DNA of 64,000 nt from Squalus acanthias (GCA_030390025.1 CM059432.1:19036001-19100000); one strand, 5' to 3'; numbered from the stretch's first letter, positions 1 to 12,077 are shown. Notes: generated by a model not told the origin, from the letters alone. Numbers and translations: made by a program.

Positions 1-90
1 TGATATAGATCTTTAAGGTTGTGAAAGGGTTTGATAGGTTCTCTTATGTGGAACCTTATCGAATGCCTTCTGGAAGTCCGTATAAATAAC

Positions 91-750
91 GGGGGAGAAA
101 TTCGGTATCGCCCAGGAAGGGGCACTAACTTTTGAGAAGTTGGAAATTTAGCGTCAGGCGCTAATCAATCTCGCTGCCCGCTAAATTCAGTCTCCACGCT
201 CAAAGAATGCAGAGGGGCGCTAATGGCGCAGGTGAGTGGCGTTAGGCTCCAAGCGATAACGAATGAGGTGTTGTGTAATCGGGAGTGAGCATTGGCGCAG
301 GCGCCTTCCAGCCATTAAAGGGGAGGGTCACTGGAGTCTGCACACCAGCCCCCAATGATTCGGGGAGTGCAGAACGGCGATATGCTGTCAGATGAAATGC
401 AAAGTGCTTTGACGACCCACAACACTCTGGGGACTACGCAGCCTTTATTTGGCTGCAGATACATCCTGCGCTCTCTGCCACTCATATCTATCCTTTGGAA
501 CGGAAGTTCCTTGACAGCTGGGGTGCATCCCTTTAAGTAGCGTCCGCCAGCCAGCTGGTTCACGCCTCCGCTCCCTGGTGCTGTCGGCGCGAGGTGGTAA
601 GGCAGGGGGGCGCTACTGAAGTTTGCAGATCGGGCGCCCAGCGAGCGTTGCACACTCGCTGACATCACGATCTGCATAGCGAAAGGAACAGAGGCGCTAA
701 CTGTTATTGCCGGCACTAACTGGGGCGCTAACCTATTGAATTTTGCCTCC
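91..750. mobile_element. Non-autonomous Harbinger derivative (MITE) inserted into an old CR1 RT fragment
   Basis: TIRs GGGGGAGAAATT / GGAGGCAAAATT. 3-bp TSD AAC (88-90, 751-753). Repeated GGCGCTAA motifs. Removing it rejoins a minus-strand CR1 motif DVIYTDFQKAFDK. Confidence 0.85.
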
Positions 751-1323
751 AACATCCCTCATCTAGGGTTACTGAAAGCTTGGTCAAAGAGATTTTTTTC
801 TGAGGTTTTAATAGATGCAGAGGTTCTTTAGGACAGGATTCCACCACCTCTCCTGCTGCCTCTCGCCCCACCAACATGTTTTCCAAGTCCTGCTCCCATT
901 TTCTGCTCCTTCATCGTCAACCCTTACGTTTAGGCCTTTCCCCTCTCTAACATGCTTGGCTGTGTTTTGGCTGTTCCAAGTTCATCCAAACCCAGATAGC
1001 AGAAGGAAGCCAACCATTGAAGGGAGTTGGTAAGCTGATGGAGCATATCAACAGCTCACAACTGAGGACAAACAGCACTATGGGCACTGAAATTATGTCA
1101 CAGCCATGGTGTGCTGAATTCTACAAGAAGTAAGACACATCCCACAGGATCAAGGCACTGCAAATCATGCTAGTTGTGAACCATTCAGATGACCCATGTC
1201 TTTCAACACCTGATATCAACTCTCTCCACTCACCAGGAAACTCACCCTGATAAACATGTTATCGTGCAGTCCTGAGTCACTGTCTGCCTGGTAATTCTCA
1301 CCACTTCCTCTCACAGAGACCTT

Positions 1324-2185
1324 GGGGGGAATTTTGCCGGTGCTCAGGGGGCAGGTTTGGAGGCGGGACTGCTGGCAAAATTGCAAAGATTGACAGCGGG
1401 TCCCGAACCCGCTGTAAACCCGCCTCCATACAATCTTCCCAAGTGTCGGGTCCCCGACTTGCGCAGGGATCTGACACCTAGCGTCGGGAAGAGGATTATA
1501 GGCACTTAACTGCCTGTTAACAGGTAGTTAACAGGCAGTTAAGAGGCTTTTTTCAATTTTGCCAGGTCGACTGCGGGCTTCCCGACAACTGGACACCACG
1601 CCAGGTAAGTGTGGCGTGCAGTGGATCTACTGTAATGTTTCTTCATGGATGACAGCTGCAGGAGTTGTGTGAAGGATCCAATGGTACACTGGTGAGTTTT
1701 AGAGGTAAGAAAATGTTGGGAAAATAATTTTAAATGTATTTAGACTTTTCTGTAGGTAATAAGGTTTGAAGTGTTTGTGTAGTCCCACCTCATTGGGAGA
1801 ACCTCTCTCACCAGTGACAGATCGCTTCTGTAACCTCACCTGCAGCTGCCATCTGTTTTATCCTAAGGAGAGAGTCTCTGGATAGCCCGGGGGCAAGGGC
1901 TCACCTTTTTACAGTGATTGGCAGTGTTTGCAGCACCTCAATGCCGTCAAACACTGAAAAACCATCTGTCAAAAAAAAAATGAGTGTGTCCCCTTTGAGA
2001 AAACCGGCAGATGACGCGTCATCAACTGACGTCATCTGACACCAGCTTTCTCTTAATTGGCCGGCAAGCCCGCAGGGGGCGCTTAACAAGGCCAATTGAA
2101 GCAAAATAGCATCTGTGCATCGGGCATCGTTGGGGGCGGGATCGGAACCCGCTCCCAACTCGCACCGAAAGGTAAGATCGCGCCC
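1324..2185. mobile_element. Non-autonomous Harbinger-like MITE
   Basis: TIRs GGGGGGAATTTT / GGGCGCGATCTT. TSD CTT (1321-1323, 2186-2188). Homologous to 50416-51260. Confidence 0.75.
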
Positions 2186-2282
2186 CTTCTCTCTCTCTCT
2201 GCAGTAGCAGCAGAAACACAACCTGTTGCAGCCACATCCAAGTTACAAGTGCTGACTCTTTCTTCATCATAGGCAATTGCCT

Positions 2283-2492
2283 ATTAAAAGTCAACCCCTT
2301 TTTAAAGGGGCACAACCAATCAAAACTGTAACTTAACAAAAAAGTTTAAAGGAAACTAAACAAATTAAATAAAAATTCCATTTTCGGTGGTGATGCTGCA
2401 CTCCAGTTCCTCTGATGTCCACCGGTCGCGGAAGGCCTCGAGCGTGCCGGTGGATACCACGTGCTCCATCTCCGGGGACACCCGGGCGCGAC
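2283..2492 (-). mobile_element. 3' end fragment of a Tx1/L1-like LINE
   Basis: Minus strand reads RARVSPEMEHVVSTGTLEAFRDRW..., resembling Tx1-clade ORF2 C-termini, then a T-rich 3' UTR. Confidence 0.45.
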
Positions 2493-3164
2493 AGGTAATT
2501 CTCAACCACTGATCACTGGCCAGACTGATTGCCAATTAGCCAAAATACTGCTGACTCCTAGACAGCCTCAGAACATAACCGCCAGAACAGCTTCAGGATC
2601 CTTATCTCTGTGAGATTAATCACTCTTAACCAATCTTCCCAGCAATGCTTGCAAAGTTCCCAAAATGCATGAAAAACACGGGGGGAAAATAAGAGGGCAC
2701 TAATGGGGCGCAACGCAACTAGCACCCAGGCGCAGCGATGTTTGCACCGCTTGCGAAATTGACCAGAGTTTTTGCGGCGGCGCTAAACTCTACCACCCTG
2801 ATCTCCTGCGCCCGCAGATCGTGATGTCAGTCGAGCGTACAACACCCCGGTGGCGCCCCAGACCAGATATTGAGTGGCGCAAGCAACGACAGGGAGACTG
2901 GAACGTTTTCCAGTCGGTAAGGGGCTGGGGGAGCGCTATTTAAAGGCGCCCTCTTCCTGCCTTTTTTTGTGGGAGACATTTTTGCAGCACTCATTCTGAG
3001 AGAGAGAGAGAGAGAAAGATTCTGAGAGAGAGAGAGAGAGACTTCTGCAGAGAGTCAATGCTGTGTGAAGTAGTTTTGGCTACTGAGCAGCACTTTGCAG
3101 GTTCTTTTGGATTTGACCTTCATTACGCCTGCAGAATTGGAGGCATCAGAGACGCAGAGAGGGA

Positions 3165-4298
3165 GTGGCAATCATGGCCAGAGGGAGGAGGGCCAACAGG
3201 CCTGTGCACAGGAGACCTTACCCTCCCAGGGTATTCCGGGAACAATTCTCCGACATTAATTTATCTGAGGAGCAGTGTTTGCACAGGCTATGCTTCAGCA
3301 AGGAGGTGGTCACTGAGCTCTACCAACTGCTGCAGCCAGATCTGCAGCCTTCACTGAGGACCAGGACGTCTCTGTCGGTGGCAGTGAAGGTCACAGTGGC
3401 TCTGAATTTTTATGCCACCGGCTCCTTTCAAGCAGCTACTGGGGACATCGCCAATATCTCCCAGTTCGCGGTCCATTGCTGTATCCGGCAGGTCACAAAT
3501 GCCCTCTATAAAAGGAGACACCAGTACATCTCTTTCCCGATGACCCGGGCCAAACAGCATGAACGCGCATTGGGATTTGTGAGGATAGCGGGCTTCCCCA
3601 TGGTGCAGGGCACCATTGACTGCATGCATGTGGCATTGCGGGCACCGCAGGAGAATGCAGAGGTTTTCCAAAACCGCAAGGGGTTCCACTCCTTAAATGT
3701 CCAGTTGGTGTGTGACCACAGACAGCTGATACTCGCTGTCAATGCCCGCTATCCTGGCAGCAGCCATGATGCTTTCATCCTGCGCCAGACTGGTGTGCCA
3801 GAACTTTTCCAGGCACCACATCAGCCCAGTGGTTGGCTCCTCGGGGACAAGAATTATCCACTCTGCACCTGGCTGATGACACCGCTCCATAACCCCAACA
3901 CCCCTGCTGAGCTGCGGTACAATGAGAGCAATCTCACCACCAGGAACATCATTGAGCAGACGATCGGCGTGCTCAAGCAACGGTTCCGCTGTCTGGACCA
4001 CTCAGGAGGAGCCCTGCAGTACTCACCTGAGCGAGTCTCCCTCTTCATAGTTGTTTGCTGCATTCTTCATAACCTTGCAATCCTCAGGATCCAGCCAATG
4101 CCACCAGGCCTTGGTGCACCACCGGAGGAGGGGGAAAAGGAAGAGGAGGAGGAAGAGGAGGAGGATGATCAGCAGCAGCACCAAGGCGGGAGGGAGGCCC
4201 ACAATGTTGAAACTGCAAGGGCCGTTCATCAAAGACTGATAACAAACCGCTTCTATCCCCTACTCAGGAAATGGCTTCTGGCATGGAGAGCAACATGA
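3165..4298 (+). CDS. Harbinger (HARBI1-like, DDE_Tnp_4) transposase, copy 1; first ATG at 3174
   Basis: Motifs YATGSFQ, GTIDCMH, NRKGFHSLNVQ, PGSSHDAFIL, LLGDK, IEQTIGVLKQRFRCL, CCILHN and an acidic tail. The stop used in copy 2 is TAT here, adding a short extension. Confidence 0.9.
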   Translation: MAIMARGRRANRPVHRRPYPPRVFREQFSDINLSEEQCLHRLCFSKEVVTELYQLLQPDLQPSLRTRTSLSVAVKVTVALNFYATGSFQAATGDIANISQFAVHCCIRQVTNALYKRRHQYISFPMTRAKQHERALGFVRIAGFPMVQGTIDCMHVALRAPQENAEVFQNRKGFHSLNVQLVCDHRQLILAVNARYPGSSHDAFILRQTGVPELFQAPHQPSGWLLGDKNYPLCTWLMTPLHNPNTPAELRYNESNLTTRNIIEQTIGVLKQRFRCLDHSGGALQYSPERVSLFIVVCCILHNLAILRIQPMPPGLGAPPEEGEKEEEEEEEEDDQQQHQGGREAHNVETARAVHQRLITNRFYPLLRKWLLAWRAT

Positions 4299-4567
4299 TG
4301 GAAAGCAACCCGCAACCCCTGTAGCCGGCCAAGGCAGCAATGATTCCAAAGGCCAAACATGTACATTTTGAATACAACAACTTTTTTATTTTACAAACTC
4401 TGTGTGTGTCATTTATTCATGACAAACTAATACAAACAAACACAAAAAATCATTAATTAACATAACTGGTTCTCACAACCTGGAGATAATGGCCAAAACA
4501 CTAAAAAAGAGTAATTACACGAACCTCGGCCTTTAATAAAAACATTCCCAACATTTCCTGAGACCTC

Positions 4568-6386
4568 CTACTTTTTGCCCTTCGAGGGTGATCTCCTTCC
4601 CTTGCTCACTTGCCCCCTTCCCACCCTACTGCTCCTCCGTAATGGGGCCCCAGTGGCTGCAGCAAGGCTGGTGGAAGGCTGCTGAATGTCAGATCCTGAG
4701 ACTACAGATACCCTTGAAGGATGCCCTCGACCAGCTCTGGGCCTGGAGAGCCTGGCTGCAGACTGCACCAACTCTGCATGGGCAGGAGCAGTCTGGGCTA
4801 CAGGCAGTGGCAAGTGCAATGGGGAAGTGACAGTGTTGGCAGCAGGAATGCAGTCATCTTGAGAGAGGACAGCAGCTCCCTGCTCGACCGACACACTGGC
4901 ACTCCCACGGGGCCAGCACATCAGCATCTGGAGCAATCTGCTGGAGCACAGATTGCTGGCCTGCTGCGGTGCCGTGAGAGCCCCGGGGAATTGTGTCCGA
5001 ACCAGCGACGATGGCAGCAGTCAGCGCTTGCGTGGCCTCAATCTGAGACTGCATGAGAGCAGTCTGAGATTGGATCACGGCAGCCAGTGACTGAATTGCA
5101 GCACGAAACAGTTGCGTGGCGTCCGCCTATGCTGCAGCGTAGTGCTCCACACTCCTTGCCAGTGCATCAATGCTTTTGGGCACCCTTCCCACTACACCCA
5201 TGAGCTGAGTGTGTATGTCCACCGCCTGGGTGTTCATTTCAGCGATGAACCGCTCCTCCTCTGCGTCCAGTGCAGCAGGACTCACTGGCCTACTCTCCCT
5301 CCGGGGAGAAGGCCCCCGAGCTTCCCTAGCCACATCGCGTTGCTACAGCTCGCTGGGTCCCGGAGCTTCACCTTCATCAGACCCTCCCCCTGCTCCCCTC
5401 CAGGGAAGACGTGGTCCTAGTGTGGGTATGGGCTTCCTCGGGAGAGGGTGGCGCTGAGGCTCTGGCTTACTCTTCCTCCTTGCCTGCGGCTTCGCTCCCA
5501 CTGGCAGCTTCAGGGCCCGTCTCCTCAGCTGGTGAATCACCATCTGAAAGCAGGGAGGTACAAGAGTGGCTTTAGTGTGAGGACAGGGGGGCAGTAAGGG
5601 AGGAAGGAGTGGTGCGATTTAGTAAGTTGGATTGAAAGTGTCAAAGGCTGGTGTTGTGAGGGACAAGTGGACTGAGAGAGGAGAGAAAGCTGATGACCTT
5701 ACCATTGCTGTCCCGAACAGGGTAGACTTCTCCAGGGGCGACGGGACCGATCACCTGGCTTGCCACAATCCTCTGGACGCGCACCTCAAGATCACTGAGG
5801 GGTTGCAGCTGAGGCGGCCCTCCACCCGTCCGTTGCTGCTGTCTCCTGTTATGAGATAGCTTGGCCTGCAAGAAAAAGGACGGCGTCTGAGTAAATATAC
5901 AGCCATGGTCTTGCCTGATGTGCCTCCCATAATTGAATAGTCCTTAATGTATGCAGCCATGGTCTTGCCTGATGTGCCTCTCAGAGTTGAATAGCACTTA
6001 ATGTATGCAAGGTGTGGAATGTGCGTGTGTGTTTTATGAAATGGCCATAGGTCTTGGATGAGTGTTGGGCATTGGGGTTTTAAGACCCTCTGGCCATAGA
6101 GTGAGGTTGAGATGGAGGGATGGAGAGGTATTGAAAAAATAACACTCACCCTGACGACCCGAGTGAGGTCGTTGAACTTTTTGCGACATTGTTTATGGGT
6201 CCTGGGCACCATGCTCCTGGAGGAGACGTGCTGAGCCACCTCCCTCCACACTCTTCTGTAGTTGCACGGCAATGGCCTGCTGCCACTCTCAGGGTACAGT
6301 ATAGCTCTTCTGCACTCCACCGCGCCAACCAGAGCCTCCAAGGCCTGGTCGCTGAAGTGCTGAGCTCGCTCCCTCACCCTCTCCAT
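4568..6386 (-). pseudogene. Harbinger Myb/SANT-like DNA-binding gene, copy 1 (exons 6386-6150, 5865-5703, 5543-4568), disrupted
   Basis: FSDQALEALV...W..VA...RT..QCRKKFNDL and RTGGG motifs. GT-AG introns (gtgagt, ttgcag, gtaagg, tttcag). In-frame stops in exon 3 (TAA near 5468, TAG near 5128). Confidence 0.85.
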
Positions 6387-7128
6387 AGTCCTTGGCTGGA
6401 AATTTCAGGCACAGGTCTGTCCACGACAAGATTCAAGCCTGCAATGAGCAGGGTGTGGCTGGAGAGCAAGATCGACCCTCCCCTTTAAGAACTGGCCGGC
6501 GCCAGTGTGTCTGTGTTCCATTGCTAACTGACATCACCTGCGCTTCGCCCGCACTCTGAGTTAGCGCCTCGCTCCTCGGCCTTTGCGCCTTAAGACAGGT
6601 GTGCAGTGCTTGATTTAACACTCCAATCACCTCCAGGGGCGATAAAAACCAAGTTTGCAGTCGGAGGCGATAATTAGTGCCAGGCACTAAACTTTGCGCC
6701 CAGCCGATAATTGCGCCCCAAACGGGGCGATACCGAATTTCTCCCCCATGATTTCTTATTAAATTCATGACAGATAATGCTAAAAAAAATACAGTTTCTT
6801 CATTTCTAACAGTAAATCGACTGGGTTAGTTATAAATACCAACCAACAACCGGGAAACTCTAAACTGTTCCTGCCACAAAATGCACCTTTTTTCTAACAC
6901 CTGAGCCTTACAAAATGGTAGAAATGTATAACAGATGAAATTAGGGGTTGGAAAGTTTTCATATGAAATTCTTTTGTCTACTTCAATGGCGACATAAACA
7001 TCTATTTTAAATGAGCTAACAGTTATGAAGATACATTTTGTACAAATTAACATATTATCATATGGTGCCATTTCAATTCATAACACAGCTTTTATTTCTG
7101 CTAACTGTAATCTTTGTTTCTAGCTCTG

Positions 7129-7174
7129 TGATAGATAGATAGATAGATAGACAGACAGTCAGACAGACAGACAG
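7129..7174. repeat. (GATA)n/(GACA)n microsatellite
   Basis: gatagatagatagatagatagacagacag... Confidence 0.9.
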
Positions 7175-7809
7175 CAAGTGGGATAGAGACTCCTGTTGCC
7201 ATTAACAAGGATGCTTAATTCAATATGGCTTGAATAGAATGAACTGACTAAAACATATAAATGAAAAATCTCTGAATAAGCAGGTCATCTTGACCTACGC
7301 AAACCTGATATAATAAGGAATGATGGAGCCAGAGCAATTTGTAATATTAGGGACCCATATCAAACTGAAAACAGCTCCATTGCAGCCAGGCGGTGAAAGG
7401 CTAAAGGAAATCAGCGACATTTAGATGTGTAAACAAAAAATCTGCCACTTGCTAACCCTGAACGAGCCAGATTATTAGCTTCAGAGCTGTTAGCCCCGAT
7501 AATCGAACATTTGTGCCATGCATGAGGGGTTGTATTTCCCTGACTTTTTCGATTGAATGCATTTGTAATGAGCTAGCCCACGAAAAGACGGAATATGAAA
7601 TTTGTAGAAAAGGAAAATGATTCTTCTCCATTGGCAGCGTAGAGATACCAAACTCGCTATCATTAAAAGATGTGTTTATAAGCAAAACTTAGGCAGCTTG
7701 CAAGAAATGTCCCATCTCCAAACTGACTGTGGGTGAAAGTAGACTATTAAACACACCAGGAATTATTTTAGCAGTTTATTCTGACTTAACATGTTTACAA
7801 TTTTATTCA

Positions 7810-7952
7810 TGCACTTTAGGAAGGATGTGAAGGCCTTAGAGAGGGTGCAGAAAAGATTTACAAGAATGGTTCCAGAGATGAGGGACTTCAGTTACGTGGA
7901 TAGACTGGAGAAGCTGGGGATGGTTCTCCTTAGAGCAGAGAAGGTTGAGAGG
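7810..7952 (+). mobile_element. CR1 ORF2 fragment
   Basis: HFRKDVKALERVQKRFTRMVP...LEKLG. Confidence 0.8.
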
Positions 7953-7957
7953 AGTAA

Positions 7958-8230
7958 AGAACAGAAAATGCTGGAAATACTCAGCAGGTCAGGCAGCATC
8001 TGTGGAGAGAGAAACCGAGTTAACGTTTCCGGTCGATGACCCTTCGTCAGTACTGGAAAAAGTTAGAGATGGAACAGGTTTTTAAGCAAGTGTAGGGGCA
8101 GGGAAAGGGGGAGGGGAGGAAAGAACAAAGGGGAAGGTCTGTGATAGGCTGGAAGGCAGGAGAGATTAAGAGACAAAAGGGATGATGGTGCAGGGCAAAA
8201 GGAGATGGTAATGGTGTGAAGGAATAAGCC
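7958..8230 (-). mobile_element. Penelope-like element 3' terminal fragment with hammerhead core
   Basis: Homologous to 51515-51720, which lies downstream of a GIY-YIG C-terminus. Minus strand has CTGACGA-ag-GGTC-atc-GACC-g-GAAACGTT. Confidence 0.7.
8018..8054 (-). ncRNA. Minimal type I hammerhead ribozyme (slightly degenerate)
   Basis: CUGACGA, stem II GGUC/GACC, GAAA, palindromic AACGUU with GUU triplet. Helix I has one mismatch (AGUA/AACU). Confidence 0.55.
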
Positions 8231-9736
8231 AAAATTCTATAGACTCTGGAACAGTTCCCATGGATTGGAGCGTAGCTAATGTAACCCCACTATTTAAAAA
8301 AGGTGGTAGAGAAAAAACAGGGAATTATAGACCAGTAAGCCTGACATCGGTAATGGGGAAAATGCTAGAGTCCATTATAAAAGATGTAATAGCAGAGCAC
8401 TTGGAAAACAGTGACAGGATCGGACAAAGTCAACATGGAATTACAAAAGGTTAATCATGCTTGACTAATCTACTGGAATTTTTTGAGGATGTAACTGGTA
8501 GAATAGATAAGGGAGAACCAGTGGATGTGGTGTATTTGGACTTTCAGAAGGCTTTCGATAAGGTCCCCCGTAACAGATTAGCGTGCAAAGGTAAAGCACA
8601 TGGGATTGGGGGTAAGGTACTGACTTGGATAGAGAACTGGTTGGCAGACAGGAAGCAAAGAGTTGGAATAAATGGGTCTTTTTCCGAGTGGCAGGCAGTT
8701 ACTAGTGGGGTACCGCAGGGATCGGTGCTAGGACCCCAGCTATTCACAATATATATTAATGATCTAGACGAGGGAACTAGATGTAATATCTCCAAGTTTG
8801 CAGACGACACAAAGCTGGGTGGGCGTGTGTGCTGTGAGGAGGATGCAGAGAAACTCCAGTATGATTTGGACAGGTTGGGTGAATGGGCAGATGCATGGCA
8901 GGTGCAGTATAATGTGGATAAATGCGAGGTTATCCACTTTGGTGGCAAAAACAGGACGACAGATTATTATCTGAACGGCAATAGATTGGGAAAAGGGGAA
9001 GTGCAACGAGACCTGGGTGTCCTTGTGCACCAGTCGCTGAGGTAAGCATGCAGGTGCAGCAGGCAGTTAAGAAGGCAAATGGTATGTTGGCCTTCATAGC
9101 GAGAGGATTCGAGTACAGGAGCAAGGATGTCTTGCTGCAGTTGTACAGGGCCTTGGTGAGACCACACCTTGAGTATTGTGTGCAGTTTTGGTCGCCTTAT
9201 CTGAGGAAGGATGTTCTTGCCATGGAGGGAGTGCAGCAAAGATTCACCAGAATGATACCTGGGATGGCAGGAATGACATATGAAGAGAGATTGGGTTGAT
9301 TAGGCTTATATTCGCTAGAGTTTGGAAGAATGAGAGGGGATCTCATTGAAACTTATAAAATTCTAACAGGACTAGACAGACTAGATGCAGGAAGGATGTT
9401 CCCGATGGCGGGGGAGTCCAGAACCAGGGGTCACAGTCTAAGGATAAGGGGTAAGCCATTTAGGACTGAGATGAGGAGGAATTTCTTCACCCAGAGAGTG
9501 GTTAACCTGTGGAATTCTCTACCACAGAAGGCAGTTGAGGCCAATTCATTAAATATATTCAAGAAGGAGTTAGATATATTTCTTAAGGCCAAAAGGATCA
9601 AGGGATATGGGGAGAAAGCAGGGACAGGGTACTGAATTTGGATGATCAGCCATGATCTCATGAAATGGTGGAACAAGCTCGAGGGGCCGAATGGCCTACT
9701 CCTGCTCCTATCTTCTATGTTTTTCTATGTTTCTAT
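8231..9736 (+). mobile_element. 5'-truncated CR1 (HER1-like) LINE; RT region with stops
   Basis: NYRPVSLTS, LDFQKAFD, GVPQGSVLGP, FADD. Ends in the CR1 stem-loop and a (tttctatg)n tail. Confidence 0.92.
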
Positions 9737-10513
9737 ATAACCTATTCAGAAAAATACACTATCTTATGAAAGAATTCTGGCCTTATTATAACATGACAAA
9801 CTGGGTTTGGAAATTTAGAAACCTAACTATGAAATAGCTATGAAAGCATTCTGGCTATTGAGATAAGACACTTGTTGACCCTGAATAAATAACCTTATTG
9901 AAACAGAAGGTGCATGGCTCCGACAGGCTGAACTTTTGGAAATGAAACAATGGTTCACCCTGGATAAGGTGTTCTAATTTACACTTCGTAAAGAAGCACA
10001 AAAGATAAGGAACATCTGCCCTCGTAAAGATGACATCAAGTAAGGAACATCTGCCGTCACACCATTTTTACATGGTAAACTTAGAACACCTAGAAGGGAG
10101 ACATGATTCTGGCTGAGGTGGCTGTAAGAGTTGCAGAGGTCGGCACAAAAATGACTAGAGATAATTAGCTTGCATCAGCAGAAAACCTTAAAGGAAATAC
10201 CACTGGAAAAAGGTATAAATATTGAACTCTCAAATGGGATAACAGAATCGCTTTAATCAGGCAAAGCAATTCTCGGCTTCAGAGGCGGCTCTGTAAGTTT
10301 CCAAGTCTTTCTACCTCGGGGATCAAAGGTATTTCATTTTGTGGGATATCCTGTAGAACACCAAGAACAGTAATACTGTAGTGAAGTTAAGATTTAAAAG
10401 TAAGATTCTCTGTAAATAAGATTGTAAGTTTTCTCTTTTTGGAACTGTTAATGTTGCAATTGACTCACCAACTGTAAATTACATGTCGGTTCTTTAATAA
10501 ATCTATATATTTT

Positions 10514-10628
10514 TGCAGGGCTACGGGGAAAGTGCAGGGGCGTGAGACTAGCTGAAGTGTTCTTGCAGAGAGCTGGCTCGACGGGCCAAATGGCCTCCTT
10601 CTGTCCTGTAACCATTCTATGATTCTAC
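10514..10628 (+). mobile_element. CR1 3' tail fragment
   Basis: gcagggctacgggga...gggccaaatggcctccttctg...attctatgattcta. Confidence 0.7.
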
Positions 10629-10844
10629 TGAATCCAAAATAAGTATCCTCATTAATGACAATTACATAAATCTCTATATTGCTATCTCTGTCTTTCTATC
10701 TATCACAAACAGAGATAAACGGCAGAAACACTGGATAGACGCATAAACGCGGTTTCCACCAATGTTCCACTGAGGAGAAATCTTGAGGAAATTCCTGGAG
10801 AAAGATTATAGTCAACAATAAAATCAATATTATACAATGCAATT

Positions 10845-11190
10845 TAAACAATAAATAAAGGTGAACACCTCCATTCCAATTAAAGCAGTCACAATTTTCA
10901 AGTCTTTCTTTGTACTTGTTTTTCCACGTACCAGGCAGCATCCTGGTGAATCTACACTGTATTGCCTCAACGTCCTTCCTATAGTGTGGAGCTCAAAACT
11001 GCACACAGTACTCCAACTTACAAAGGTTTTATATAGATTCACCATTACATCTTGACAATTATATTCTATACTGCTTACAATAAAACCCAATATTCCATTA
11101 GGTTTTTTAACAGCTTTATTTACGAAGCGCTGCTTTTATTATCTTGTGAACCTGAAGCCCCAAATCCTTCTGCTCTTCAACATCGTCTAA
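10845..11190 (-). mobile_element. Old CR1 ORF2 3' fragment
   Basis: Degenerate IEYNCQDVMVNLYKT on the minus strand. Confidence 0.6.
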
Positions 11191-11934
11191 CTTTCTGTCA
11201 TGTTGTTGGCAGTCATGGTTTTCCAGTGATTGCTTGATTGCCTTAGGGAGTCAAAGAGAAACTTTTCAGAATTCTTTTTGAAATTGTCTGTTTTTTTTCC
11301 CCAGTGTTATGAATGATTGGAAGGGTGCTGCAGTGTCTAATTGATAGGGTGAGCCTTGATAGGCCTGATGGTCATTTCTTGTTCATTTCTTACATTCATA
11401 CCATGATGAACCACCCGAACTTCTTCATCTGATTTTCTTCTTCTTGCTGGATGCAAAGATAAGTTCTCATTTGAGGCTTGTTAACTTAAAATTCAGCTAG
11501 ATTATAATACTCCTCTAGATCTCTATAATGTGGAACAATGTGGCTAATCCAAGGAAAACAAGAATAGAGGGAATAGATTGTGGTGCTGATACTTTATCTG
11601 ATTTCTTTTTTCTCTTGCTTCCTTTTTTCCCCTTTTTGGAGATAGATTAGTTATTTAAGTATGAGTTCTTTGTTAAGCCATGTTTGTTAATTTTGCATTG
11701 TATTTTAGTTGGAAAGTGCAAACAAAAAATGAAGCTTGGAAATTGCTGTCAAAGATGTTATTATAGAAATACTTAATACATTCAAATTAAATTCCTCTCT
11801 CCATTACTTTATCAGAGCCTTTAACCTGTTTTATTTTGAGAGGGTTAATGCTTCCATTAACATAGAAGACAGGAAAGTCACACGAACGAGTTAGGTATTC
11901 AGTCACTGATATTGTTACCATGAATTCTTATGTT

Positions 11935-12077
11935 GTAGTCTTTAAAAGGGTTATGGGGAGCGGGCAGGGAAGTGGCTTTGAGCCCAAGATCAGCCATGAT
12001 CTTATTGAATGGCGGAGCAGGCTCGAGGGGCCAAGTGGCCTATTCTTGCTCCTATTTCTTATGTTCTTATGTTCTTA
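11935..12077 (+). mobile_element. CR1 3' tail
   Basis: gatcagccatgatcttattgaatggcggagcaggctcgagggg... followed by (ttatgttc)n. Confidence 0.8.

Larger units (their letters stand above)
2681..6747 (+). mobile_element. Full-length PIF/Harbinger DNA transposon, copy 1
   Basis: Left TIR GGGGGAAAAT (followed by a short deletion relative to copy 2) and right TIR GGGGGAGAAATT. TSD ACG/ATG (CpG decay). Convergent transposase and Myb/SANT genes. Colinear with 19865-23974. Confidence 0.93.

Noticed and set aside
3165..4298. Domesticated host HARBI1/NAIF1 genes
   Set aside because: Two copies bounded by TIRs and TSDs with decaying Myb partners indicate transposons.
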